In this document: piece by piece, positions 9,368 through 18,090 of the stretch | How the letters are laid out: each line of letters opens with the position of its first letter | How positions within the stretch are numbered: the first letter of the stretch is position 1 | From: Promethearchaeati archaeon | GTDB lineage: Archaea > Asgardarchaeota > Heimdallarchaeia > JABLTI01 | Direction of reading: 5' to 3' | DNA: 48,907 nucleotides | Assembly: GCA_013166835.1 (NCBI GenBank) | Contig: JABLTI010000044.1 | Span: 1 to 48,907, forward strand | The notes under the pieces: model-generated | Seen by the model: only the letters and a program-made list of their open reading frames with translations | The model's database searches: none | What the model was told of the DNA's origin: nothing | Program-made: the position numbers and the translations under genes

Positions 9368-10840
9368 ATGGCCGATGATAAACCCCATCTAAACCTAGTC
9401 GTGATAGGACACGTTGATCATGGCAAGTCGACTATGACCGGGCATATGCTTTTCAAAGCAGGTGCCGTTGATAAACGTTTGATCGACAAGTACGCAGAGG
9501 AATCTGAGAAGATCGGCAAACCTTCATGGAAGTATGCTTGGGTCTTACAAAAACTCCAAGAGGAACGTGAAAGAGGTCTAACCATTGACGTTTCTTTCTT
9601 CAAGTTTGAGACCAAAGGTACTGTCTTTACAATTATTGATGCTCCTGGTCACAGGGATTTTGTAAAGAATATGATTACTGGTGCTTCTCAAGCTAATGCT
9701 GCTATTCTTGTCGTTTCTGCTGAAAAGAACGATCTTGAAGCAGGCCTTGCTGAGGAACGTATTGAGAAGACAGCTAAAGGTGATCGTCGTATTCCTGGTG
9801 GTCAGACTATTGAGCATTTAACACTAGCAATTACACTTGGTATTAACCAAATTGTCGTTGCTGTTAACAAAATGGACCTCGTAGGCTTCAAAGAAGCTTC
9901 TTACAACGCAGTTGTTGAACGAGTTCAAGCACTTATTGCTGGTTTTGTTAAATCAAAACTAGTAACACCTGAACGTGTTAAAGGCATTAAATTCGTACCA
10001 ACCAGTGGTATGACAGGTGATGGTCTTACTGATGTAGGTGAGAAATTGTCTTGGTATAAAGGTCCATCTTTAATGGCAGCCCTTAATGATTTCAGCGCTC
10101 CAGAAAAACCAACTGGTAAACCACTCAGAATGCCTATACAAGACGTATACGCAATCAAAGGTGTCGGAACAGTACCGGTAGGTAAAATCGAAAGTGGTGT
10201 TTTAAAGCCTGGTGACGAAGTTATCTTCCCAATTTCAAAGAAGAAAGCAAAGGTACAATCCATTGAAATGCATCATGAACAACTACCAAAAGCTGAACCT
10301 GGTGACAACGTTGGATTCAATATCAAAGGAATTCCTAGAAACGAGATTCTGAAAGGTGACGTAGTTGGTCATCCTGGTCCTACCGAACCAAAACCAGTTG
10401 AAACTTTTGTTGCAACAACCTTCATTTTGAAGAACCTTTCCAAACCAGGTGCAAATCAACCTACAGGAATGGCAAAAGGTTATGCTCCAATCGTTCACCT
10501 TGGTCAAGCAGCACAAGCTTGTCAAATTGAAAATTTCAAAGTTCTAGCTAAATCAGCTCAACGCAAATCCCTCGTCAAAACTGGAGAGTATGATCCAGAC
10601 ATTTACTTACTTCAAGGTGACCTTGCTGAAATTACCTTCAAACCATTTGCTCCATTCATCTGTGAAAAATTCTCCGACTTTCCATCATTAGGTCGATTCG
10701 CAGCTCGTGATATGGGACAAACTGTTGCCGTAGGCGTTATTAAAGACGTAAAAGCTGCTAAACCAAAAGTTGCAAAACCAGAAGCTGCTAAACCAGAAGC
10801 TGCTAAACCAAAAGCAGCTAAATCAAAAGCTAAGAAATAG
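9368..10840 (+). CDS. tuf: Translation elongation factor EF-1alpha with insertions and Lys/Ala-rich C-terminal tail
   Basis: GHVDHGKST, ERERGLTID, DAPGHRDFVKNMITGASQA, NKMD, PLRMPIQDVY, EMHHE, GRFAARDMGQTVAVG. Confidence 0.93.
   Translation: MADDKPHLNLVVIGHVDHGKSTMTGHMLFKAGAVDKRLIDKYAEESEKIGKPSWKYAWVLQKLQEERERGLTIDVSFFKFETKGTVFTIIDAPGHRDFVKNMITGASQANAAILVVSAEKNDLEAGLAEERIEKTAKGDRRIPGGQTIEHLTLAITLGINQIVVAVNKMDLVGFKEASYNAVVERVQALIAGFVKSKLVTPERVKGIKFVPTSGMTGDGLTDVGEKLSWYKGPSLMAALNDFSAPEKPTGKPLRMPIQDVYAIKGVGTVPVGKIESGVLKPGDEVIFPISKKKAKVQSIEMHHEQLPKAEPGDNVGFNIKGIPRNEILKGDVVGHPGPTEPKPVETFVATTFILKNLSKPGANQPTGMAKGYAPIVHLGQAAQACQIENFKVLAKSAQRKSLVKTGEYDPDIYLLQGDLAEITFKPFAPFICEKFSDFPSLGRFAARDMGQTVAVGVIKDVKAAKPKVAKPEAAKPEAAKPKAAKSKAKK
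10751..10825 (+). repeat. Five imperfect 15-bp tandem repeats encoding KAAKP-KVAKP-EAAKP-EAAKP-KAAKS
   Basis: aaagctgctaaacca / aaagttgcaaaacca / gaagctgctaaacca x2 / aaagcagctaaatca read directly. Confidence 0.9.
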
Positions 10841-10867
10841 AATTTCTCAATTCTATTCCTTTTTTTC
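10836..10867 (+). terminator. Hairpin + oligo-T after EF-1alpha
   Basis: AATAGAATT-tctc-AATTCTATT followed by CC and T8. Confidence 0.6.
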
Positions 10868-10990
10868 TCTTTTTCTTATTTCATTCTATATTTGTACTAG
10901 GGTAAATTGAAACCAATAAATATTATAAGGTACATATTCTTTCTTGTATAGTGAAAATATATCATATCATGCTTATATCGTTGTGAATTC

Positions 10991-11662
10991 ATGCCAGAAA
11001 AGAGTGAGAGTGTTAATCCAAACGAGACTAACACTCAAGAAAATATTGGTCACGAGCTCCTTACGGGTTTAACTCAGTTACTGATATTGCTTATTTTGAA
11101 GCATGGTCCTCAACATGGTTATGAACTAGCAAGTCGATTAGAGCCAATATATGGGCGTCGTCTTTCCCCAGGAACAATCTATCCTTTACTTCAACGAATG
11201 GAGAATAAAGAGTATATTCAGAGCACTACAATGATAGTTTCCGGACGCAAAAGGAAAACTTATGTCAACACTCGAATGGGTCGTATTGCAATGGATAATG
11301 CCCAAGAAACACTTCAAAGCATTATTGATATAAAAAGCCCAAAAATAGAAGCCGATGCTCCAGGAATTGAACTTCTTAAAAGCTTAGCTCAATTCAGAAT
11401 TCTCCTGATACTCGAGCAATCCCCTCTTCATGGTTATGAGTTAGTCGAAAAATTGGATGATTATTTTGGGCAAAAAATCGCTTTAGGTACAATCTATCCT
11501 TCACTTCATAGACTTGTTGAGAAAGGATATATTATTAGTAAATCTAAATGGGATGGTGACCGAGAACGTAAAGTCTACGAACTTACATCTCAAGGCAAAA
11601 CAGCTGTTAGAAATGCTCATGATGAAATTAGTCAAATTGCAGCAGATACCATCTTTGACTAA
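10991..11662 (+). CDS. Tandem (double) PadR-family transcriptional regulator
   Basis: Two copies of P.HGYEL...GTIYP.L.R....Y...RK.Y..T..G. Confidence 0.9.
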   Translation: MPEKSESVNPNETNTQENIGHELLTGLTQLLILLILKHGPQHGYELASRLEPIYGRRLSPGTIYPLLQRMENKEYIQSTTMIVSGRKRKTYVNTRMGRIAMDNAQETLQSIIDIKSPKIEADAPGIELLKSLAQFRILLILEQSPLHGYELVEKLDDYFGQKIALGTIYPSLHRLVEKGYIISKSKWDGDRERKVYELTSQGKTAVRNAHDEISQIAADTIFD

Positions 11663-11792
11663 AACCTAAAAATTGTTCTTTATTTATCATTAGAAATCAT
11701 CAAGTTTAACCTTACGAAAATGCTTTAATTCTTATCTAATTAGTTATATTCCTCAAGAACTGTAAGGAAACCAAAAAATTGATGGGAAAAAA

Positions 11793-12254
11793 ATGCGAGA
11801 CAATCAACACACCTGGTTCATTGTAAGCGGAATTACTGGATTTCTCTTTATTATATGGGGTAGTATAGCCAGCGATGCTAGACCGTTAATTCCTGGTGAT
11901 CATTGGCTAGTTGTTCCAGGTTGTATGTTACTCATAATCAGTATTTCCGGAATTCTTGAAGGAATGATTACTGATATGCGTATACTGAAATATTTCTCAG
12001 GTTTAACAGTTAAAGAAATCAATGTTACACAAGCAGCAGAAGATTTGAATATGGATGTTGACTCATTTCGACAAAGAATTCTTGCATTAAAGATGAATGG
12101 AAAATTAGCAATTTCTTTTCTTCCTGCGACTGGAGATATTGTGAAATCTGATTTGATGAATGAACAAACTTGTTCATTTTGTGCTAATCCAACAGTAACT
12201 AAGGATTTCTGCCCAGTTTGTGGAACAAAGAAATTGGTTAACAAAACAAAATAA
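11793..12254 (+). CDS. Two-TM membrane protein with winged-helix (PCI-like) segment and C-terminal zinc ribbon
   Basis: Two hydrophobic helices; INVTQAAEDLNMDVDSFRQRILALKMNGKL wHTH-like; CSFC...CPVCG. Confidence 0.6.
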   Translation: MRDNQHTWFIVSGITGFLFIIWGSIASDARPLIPGDHWLVVPGCMLLIISISGILEGMITDMRILKYFSGLTVKEINVTQAAEDLNMDVDSFRQRILALKMNGKLAISFLPATGDIVKSDLMNEQTCSFCANPTVTKDFCPVCGTKKLVNKTK

Positions 12255-12298
12255 ATTATAAACTACAAAATTCAAGATATATGAAGAGATGATAAGGA

Positions 12299-13270
12299 AT
12301 GGGTAAGAAATTCAAAGGAATTGGTTGCCCCTGTGTAACACCTTTTGACGAAGAGGAATCACTTGATTTAGCAAAGCTTCGTGAACTCGTTGATTTCCTA
12401 ATTAATAGTGAGATAAACGCAATAATTCCTGCTAGTAATTGCGGTGAATCCTACTCATTAACTGATACTGAATATCATCAGCTAATCGATACGGTAATTG
12501 ACCAAGTCAATAATGACGTTCCAATTTATGTTGGTTTACCAACAGAATCCAATACTCATATACTCTCCATTGCTAAATACGCAACAGAAGCGGGGGTAGA
12601 TGGTTTAGTTTTATATCCTCCAAGAATTCCAAGTTTAACTATACAAGAATTGGTTAATCATTTCGAGTTCATTAGTTCTAAAGTTGACAGCAATTTACTT
12701 GTAGTAAACGATCCCGATCATTGTAAACTCGATTTATCAGTGGAGTTGATAAGTAAGATCTCTAAATTCGATAATGTCGTAGGACTTGTAGAGCTTAGTA
12801 GTGATTTCAAGAAGATCCCACTAATAAGTGCAAAAGTTAGCGATGGATTTTTGGTTTATACTGGTCGAGGATTGCTAGTTCCCCAAGCAATAAAAGAAGG
12901 TGGAGTCGAAGGTGCTATTGTACCTAGTGCTAATGTTGTTCCAAATCTTTTAAGTGAATTATATGAAGCTTACAATGTAGAAGTGAAAGATCGTTTTGAA
13001 GAAATACAAACAATGCTAATTCCTTTAGAAATTGGTTTGAAACTTGGATCATTTCCAGCTGCAATAAAAGCTAGTTTGAACATGCTAGGTGTTAATGTTG
13101 GCAATCCAAGAAGTCCCATATCCTCTTTATCTGAAGGAGATCTCGAGAAATTGCGTAATATTCTGATTAGTGCTGGTTGTATACGTCCTCCAATACCTGA
13201 GGAGGAAACTGAAAGCACTAATAGTGGAAAAGAAAGTAAGAAAACCAATGCGAAAAAGAAAACAACTTGA
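12299..13270 (+). CDS. DapA/N-acetylneuraminate lyase family fold protein lacking catalytic residues
   Basis: VTPFD, (SNC)GES..LT, GVDG, IKA.L..LG..VG.PR.P typical of the DHDPS family; Schiff-base Lys position reads VVGLVE. Confidence 0.85.
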   Translation: MGKKFKGIGCPCVTPFDEEESLDLAKLRELVDFLINSEINAIIPASNCGESYSLTDTEYHQLIDTVIDQVNNDVPIYVGLPTESNTHILSIAKYATEAGVDGLVLYPPRIPSLTIQELVNHFEFISSKVDSNLLVVNDPDHCKLDLSVELISKISKFDNVVGLVELSSDFKKIPLISAKVSDGFLVYTGRGLLVPQAIKEGGVEGAIVPSANVVPNLLSELYEAYNVEVKDRFEEIQTMLIPLEIGLKLGSFPAAIKASLNMLGVNVGNPRSPISSLSEGDLEKLRNILISAGCIRPPIPEEETESTNSGKESKKTNAKKKTT

Positions 13271-13301
13271 TTATCTGTCATAAAGAAATGAGTGTATAAA
13301 A

Positions 13302-14582
13302 ATGACTTTTCTCGATGTCTATGAAATTATTGTTCCGATTTTAACAATAGCCGCTTTACTTTACGCAGGTATTGAAGATCTTTTGTTTCGCGAAGTTCGC
13401 AGAGAAATTGTATGGATATTGATGATAGGAATAGGTGTTATTCTTGATATTCTCTACATTGTCTTTTTCGTAGGTGATTATTCATTTTATGAACCACTAG
13501 CAGAAGTATTACTCACCATAGTTATTGGGTTCATATTTGGTTTTGTTTTATTCTATTTTGGTGTGTGGGGTGGGGCTGATACAAAAGCGCTTTGGGCTCT
13601 CGCAGTTCTAACTCCTGTGCATCCTTTTGGTGGAAATATATTAAGTGTAGACATTGGGCAAGAGATTCTAATAATAAACTCATCAGTATTTTCAATTCTT
13701 ATTAATTCAGGATTAATAGCTCTGTTTTATCCTCTTTTTCTGATGATTGTTAATACTGTAACAGCTGCCAAAGGTTCATTATTCAATGAAGTAAGGGGTT
13801 CAACTTCAGAAAAAATACGTTGCTTTATGTTTGGATATAAGAAGAAGGTAAGTAAGATCAATTATGATAGAATGCATTTCGATTTTCTTGAAGAATTACC
13901 AAGGAAACAATTTCAAGGCAAGTTCACAGGGAATTTTGAGGGAAAGGTTGATGGGAAATTTACAGGGATTTTCCAAGGAAAAATCAATGGTGAATTTACA
14001 GGAACAATTATTGGTAAATTATTCAAATCATTTGATAAATCAATAAATGAATTGAATGCTGAAGAAGTCATAAAAGACGCTAAGAAAATGACTGAAGCTC
14101 ATTCTATTGAATCAGATGATGAAGATGAGAAACCAAACCTAGTTCTGCTAAAATATCGTGAATTATTCACTAAAGAGAAGAAAGATCTTCAATCTGCTGA
14201 TAATGAAACAATAATCTTTAGTGAAGGAATATTTCATGGGCCGATCGAAGGAATATTTATTGGAACAATTGATGGATTTTTCACTGGAAAGTTTAATGGT
14301 GATTTACTAGGTTTGCTCGAGGGGGGAACCTCATCTAAAGGAAAATTGTCAGGAGAAAAATCAGTTGCTGAAAATGAGTGGCAACTAAAGCTTCGTTTTG
14401 GTTTGGATGAGGAGGATGTGATGGAAAGGAGACAATTACGTACTTTGTGGCAATTACAATCTCATAAAAAAGAAACTGTTTGGGTCACTCCAGGGTTACC
14501 CTTTGTTTCCTTCATGTTAATTGGCTACATACTGTATCTGATATTTGATAATCTAGTTATCTTTCTGTTCTCTCTAGCTTAA
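13302..14582 (+). CDS. A24 prepilin/prearchaellin peptidase (FlaK/PibD-like) with Gly-repeat insertion
   Basis: Catalytic-type Asp in AGIEDL and GGADTK; C-terminal VWVTPGLPF motif; multiple TM helices. Confidence 0.85.
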   Translation: MTFLDVYEIIVPILTIAALLYAGIEDLLFREVRREIVWILMIGIGVILDILYIVFFVGDYSFYEPLAEVLLTIVIGFIFGFVLFYFGVWGGADTKALWALAVLTPVHPFGGNILSVDIGQEILIINSSVFSILINSGLIALFYPLFLMIVNTVTAAKGSLFNEVRGSTSEKIRCFMFGYKKKVSKINYDRMHFDFLEELPRKQFQGKFTGNFEGKVDGKFTGIFQGKINGEFTGTIIGKLFKSFDKSINELNAEEVIKDAKKMTEAHSIESDDEDEKPNLVLLKYRELFTKEKKDLQSADNETIIFSEGIFHGPIEGIFIGTIDGFFTGKFNGDLLGLLEGGTSSKGKLSGEKSVAENEWQLKLRFGLDEEDVMERRQLRTLWQLQSHKKETVWVTPGLPFVSFMLIGYILYLIFDNLVIFLFSLA

Positions 14583-14674
14583 AAATAACTGAAAAATAGA
14601 AATGTGATGAGAAATTAAAAAAACTAACGAAGGTTTTTTTATCTGGTAAATAAATAAAATCAAGGTAAGAAACA

Positions 14675-16057
14675 ATGGATGATTTTGTTATTGTTGGTGC
14701 AGGTCCCGCTGGAATTTTTTGTGCACTCGAATTGCTAAATCAAGGTTATAAGAAAATTACTTTAATTGATCGAGGGAAGGAAGTTTTCAAGCGTAGATGC
14801 CCTAGAAGAGAACAAAATATTGAGTGTACCGCTTGTAAAATTTGCGACATTACAAGTGGCTTTGGAGGATCTGGTGCATGGTCAGATGGGAAAATAACAA
14901 AAGATGTGACTGGTAAAGTTGGAGGGTGGATGAGTGATTTTCTTACTCTAGATGAATTAGCTGAATATACTGAATATGTAGATCAAAAGATTCTTTCCTT
15001 TAGTAATGGCAACGATAGATACTTTAGTCCAGATCCTGAATTCGTAGAACAAATGGATAGTAAATGCCGTAAAGAGAATATGCGTTTGATTACTTATCCA
15101 ATTCGTCATTTAGGAACTGATAACGCTGCTGCCATTATGGATAATTTTTACAAGTATTTGAAAGACAAAATTAACATTGTATTGAAAACCAAAGTTGATA
15201 AAATTCTAGTTGAAGATGGTAAAGCAATTGGCGTTTCAACAACCACTGGCAAAGTGTATAAAGCGAAAAAAATTGTCATGGGTGTTGGTAGAGGTGGAAC
15301 CAACTGGTTAAAATCTGAATGCGATCGGTTGGGGATATCTTACTCAAACAATGCAGTCGATATTGGTGTTCGGGTTGAAACTTTGAAGGAATATTGCGAT
15401 GAATTTACAGATAATCTCTATGAGTTTAAAATTGAATATGTAACAAGAACTTACGAAGATAATGTCAGAACATTCTGTGTTTGTCCTGAGGGCTATGTCA
15501 CAACAGAACGATATGATGAAAGTACTTGTGTGAATGGTGAGAGCCGAACTGATATTAAGAGTCCAAATACAAATTTTGCTATTTTAGTTACCTGTAATTT
15601 TACAGAACCATTCAAGCAACCAATACAATATGCAAAGCATGTTGCTAATCTAGCAAACATGTTATCAGGTGGAAACTCAGTTCTGATACAAAGATTCGAG
15701 GATCTCAAAAATGGTCGACGCTCAACCGATGAAAGGTTATCTCGTTCAGTCATTAAACCTACTCTCGAGAGTGCGGTTGCTGGTGACATAAGTTTTGCAA
15801 TGCCTTCTCGAGTCATGAGTGACCTGAGGGATTTCTTAACTCATTTGAATAGAATCATGCCTGGAATTGATGGTCCTAATACTTTGTTTTACGCTCCTGA
15901 AATTAAACTTTATAGTATCCGTATAGATTTAACTAATGATCTTGAATCTAAGGACGTGAAAAACATTTACTTTATCGGAGATGGTGCGGGAATTACTCGA
16001 GGAGTTATGCAAAGCGCTATTTCGGGTGTTGTTGTTGCTAGAGCAAATAAGAAGTAA
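14675..16057 (+). CDS. FAD-dependent oxidoreductase (uncharacterised FAD-dependent dehydrogenase family)
   Basis: IVGAGPAG Rossmann motif, Cys cluster C-x8-C-x2-C-x2-C, GGSGAWSDGK, RTFCVCP.G, GDGAGITRG. Confidence 0.85.
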   Translation: MDDFVIVGAGPAGIFCALELLNQGYKKITLIDRGKEVFKRRCPRREQNIECTACKICDITSGFGGSGAWSDGKITKDVTGKVGGWMSDFLTLDELAEYTEYVDQKILSFSNGNDRYFSPDPEFVEQMDSKCRKENMRLITYPIRHLGTDNAAAIMDNFYKYLKDKINIVLKTKVDKILVEDGKAIGVSTTTGKVYKAKKIVMGVGRGGTNWLKSECDRLGISYSNNAVDIGVRVETLKEYCDEFTDNLYEFKIEYVTRTYEDNVRTFCVCPEGYVTTERYDESTCVNGESRTDIKSPNTNFAILVTCNFTEPFKQPIQYAKHVANLANMLSGGNSVLIQRFEDLKNGRRSTDERLSRSVIKPTLESAVAGDISFAMPSRVMSDLRDFLTHLNRIMPGIDGPNTLFYAPEIKLYSIRIDLTNDLESKDVKNIYFIGDGAGITRGVMQSAISGVVVARANKK

Positions 16058-16078
16058 TTTTTCATAGAAGAGATTTTT

Positions 16079-16948
16079 TTATTTCTTTTTTCTTTTCATT
16101 TCTTCCTCGAAAGCTTGACGTGCTTCTTGTAATTGTCCTATTGTTCCAATTAAAACTCCATCAAGTGTAAAAACCTCTGCATTGTCAAAATCGATGCCTT
16201 CTTTCATTAGAACAATTGAATTAAAGAATTTACCATCTACTGAGTACCCATCTATATATCGATTGAAGGCTGGCAGAATAATATGAATTCGATCTTGTTT
16301 CTTTTCACTTTGTCGCCACTTTGCTTTAACCCATACTTTTTCAGTTATTTTTGTACCAATCTTTTCTCTGAAAGTGTAAGCTGGATGCGCGTGAGCAGAA
16401 ATCGTGATATCAGCTGAAATAACATCTAATGCTGGATTAGCATGTCCATGCCAGAGTCCAATTGTTTTCCCAGAAGTTCTATCTTTAATACATAACCCTG
16501 TGGATGGAATTACCTCGACATTTTCCGGTAATAATTCTTCTATTTTACCATCATGATTGCCTTTTATGATTGTCACTCGTGTTAATTTCAATATTTTCTG
16601 CAGAAAATTCCAAACCCTTCCAGCCAGAGGATGAGAGGATCCAAAAATCTCGTTTTTAAAATCACCAACAATAATGACTCTTCTTGGCTTTTGGAGCTTT
16701 ACAAGCTCAAGAAGATCCTCTTCTGCTTGTTTTGAAACTGGAATAATAATTCCTTTCTTATTTTGATCGTAGACATAACCCATATGTAAATCTGAAATAA
16801 CTAATGTTTTCCCATGCTTTTTCTCAATCAAAAGAATGGCAGGTTTTCCGGGAATCATTAAAGAGGTCGTTGCATTGTTCTTTGAATCAGTAATTTTTTC
16901 ATCCATGCAGTAAAAGCTCCTTGGCATAACAACAATTACACCAAGCAT
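16079..16948 (-). CDS. Calcineurin-like (ICC-like) metallophosphoesterase; true start possibly 16906
   Basis: SDLH.G, VGD, KGNHD, WHGH, AHAHP, LPAFN motifs. Confidence 0.88.
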   Translation of the reverse strand: MLGVIVVMPRSFYCMDEKITDSKNNATTSLMIPGKPAILLIEKKHGKTLVISDLHMGYVYDQNKKGIIIPVSKQAEEDLLELVKLQKPRRVIIVGDFKNEIFGSSHPLAGRVWNFLQKILKLTRVTIIKGNHDGKIEELLPENVEVIPSTGLCIKDRTSGKTIGLWHGHANPALDVISADITISAHAHPAYTFREKIGTKITEKVWVKAKWRQSEKKQDRIHIILPAFNRYIDGYSVDGKFFNSIVLMKEGIDFDNAEVFTLDGVLIGTIGQLQEARQAFEEEMKRKKK

Positions 16949-16950
16949 TC

Positions 16951-18030
16951 TTAAAATATTGCAATTAATTTAACAAAAAGCAGATCAATAAGTAGTTCTA
17001 ATCCCTCTCTCTTTACACCTACTACTTTGAAAAATTCGGATAACTTCTTACCATCAAGCTCAACATTTTTCAAACAATAAATCCAGTCTCCATGAGTTTC
17101 CTTCATTTTTTCATATTGTTCGTCAAATATTTCCGTTTTAAATTCAGTAATTGTGAAATTATCCATTGATACCAAATACTGTAAGAAAGGAAGATAATAT
17201 TCAATATCCACTTTTTCATCAAATAAACGATCTAAAAATTCAACAGCTACAAGTAATCTTTCATTAAAGATTTTATTTGCAGGAAGAGTTTCAAAAATTC
17301 TTAACAAAATATCTGCTCCACGTTCTAGTCCTTTAGGAGCATCATATTGTAGGTCAACTAAAATCGTGTATCTACTGGACTCCCAAGCAAATTGCCGCCC
17401 AACTAAATCATTTACTTTACTGAATCCTTCGACTAAAGATACTATTGTTTTGGTTTTATTTTCTTTGTCTATTAAAGTTACTTTATTAAAAACGCGTAAT
17501 TTACTACTCATTAGTAAGAATTGTTTTTCTTGTGATATGTCATTGACATCTGTGTTTTCCTCCTCTTCGAGGAGTAGCATCTGTTTTTGTTTCGTCTTTG
17601 ATTTTTTCAGTAAATTTTCTTTTACAACAGTAATGTATGTTGGAAAACTCCCTATCGTTTGTAATAATCCACTCAACATCTTAAAATATGGTTTTCCATC
17701 ACCATCTTTCTTACAATGATCAATAATTCTATCGAGTATTAACTCAGCTTCATCTAGTTCAATGGTTGTTTTAGTAATTAATGCAATACCAAATTGTCTT
17801 TTTTTTCGAGCAAAATTTGGATCTCTTAAAGCTATGTTTTTTGCATACACAGTTTGTTTCTCAATCTTCCGAACAGAGAATTCAGAAGCCCGAATTATCC
17901 ACATTAAAAACTGTTCCAGCTCTAGATTTTGGGGAAACTCGTAATTCATTGGTTGTTTCTTTCGTAAAACCGGTCCCTTCGTGGAATCAAACTCAACTAA
18001 TAAAGCAGTAGTGTTTTTACCTTGATCCAT
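16951..18030 (-). CDS. Longin/uDENN-domain protein (FLCN/NPRL2/SMCR8-like N-terminus)
   Basis: LLVEFDSTKGPVL...P start motif and DPNFARKKRQFGIALI segment typical of uDENN/longin domains. Confidence 0.7.
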   Translation of the reverse strand: MDQGKNTTALLVEFDSTKGPVLRKKQPMNYEFPQNLELEQFLMWIIRASEFSVRKIEKQTVYAKNIALRDPNFARKKRQFGIALITKTTIELDEAELILDRIIDHCKKDGDGKPYFKMLSGLLQTIGSFPTYITVVKENLLKKSKTKQKQMLLLEEEENTDVNDISQEKQFLLMSSKLRVFNKVTLIDKENKTKTIVSLVEGFSKVNDLVGRQFAWESSRYTILVDLQYDAPKGLERGADILLRIFETLPANKIFNERLLVAVEFLDRLFDEKVDIEYYLPFLQYLVSMDNFTITEFKTEIFDEQYEKMKETHGDWIYCLKNVELDGKKLSEFFKVVGVKREGLELLIDLLFVKLIAIF

Positions 18031-18090
18031 TCTATTACACCTTGTTGTTTATTATTTTCTTTGGAAAGATTTCTACCCTCATTTCCTTCA

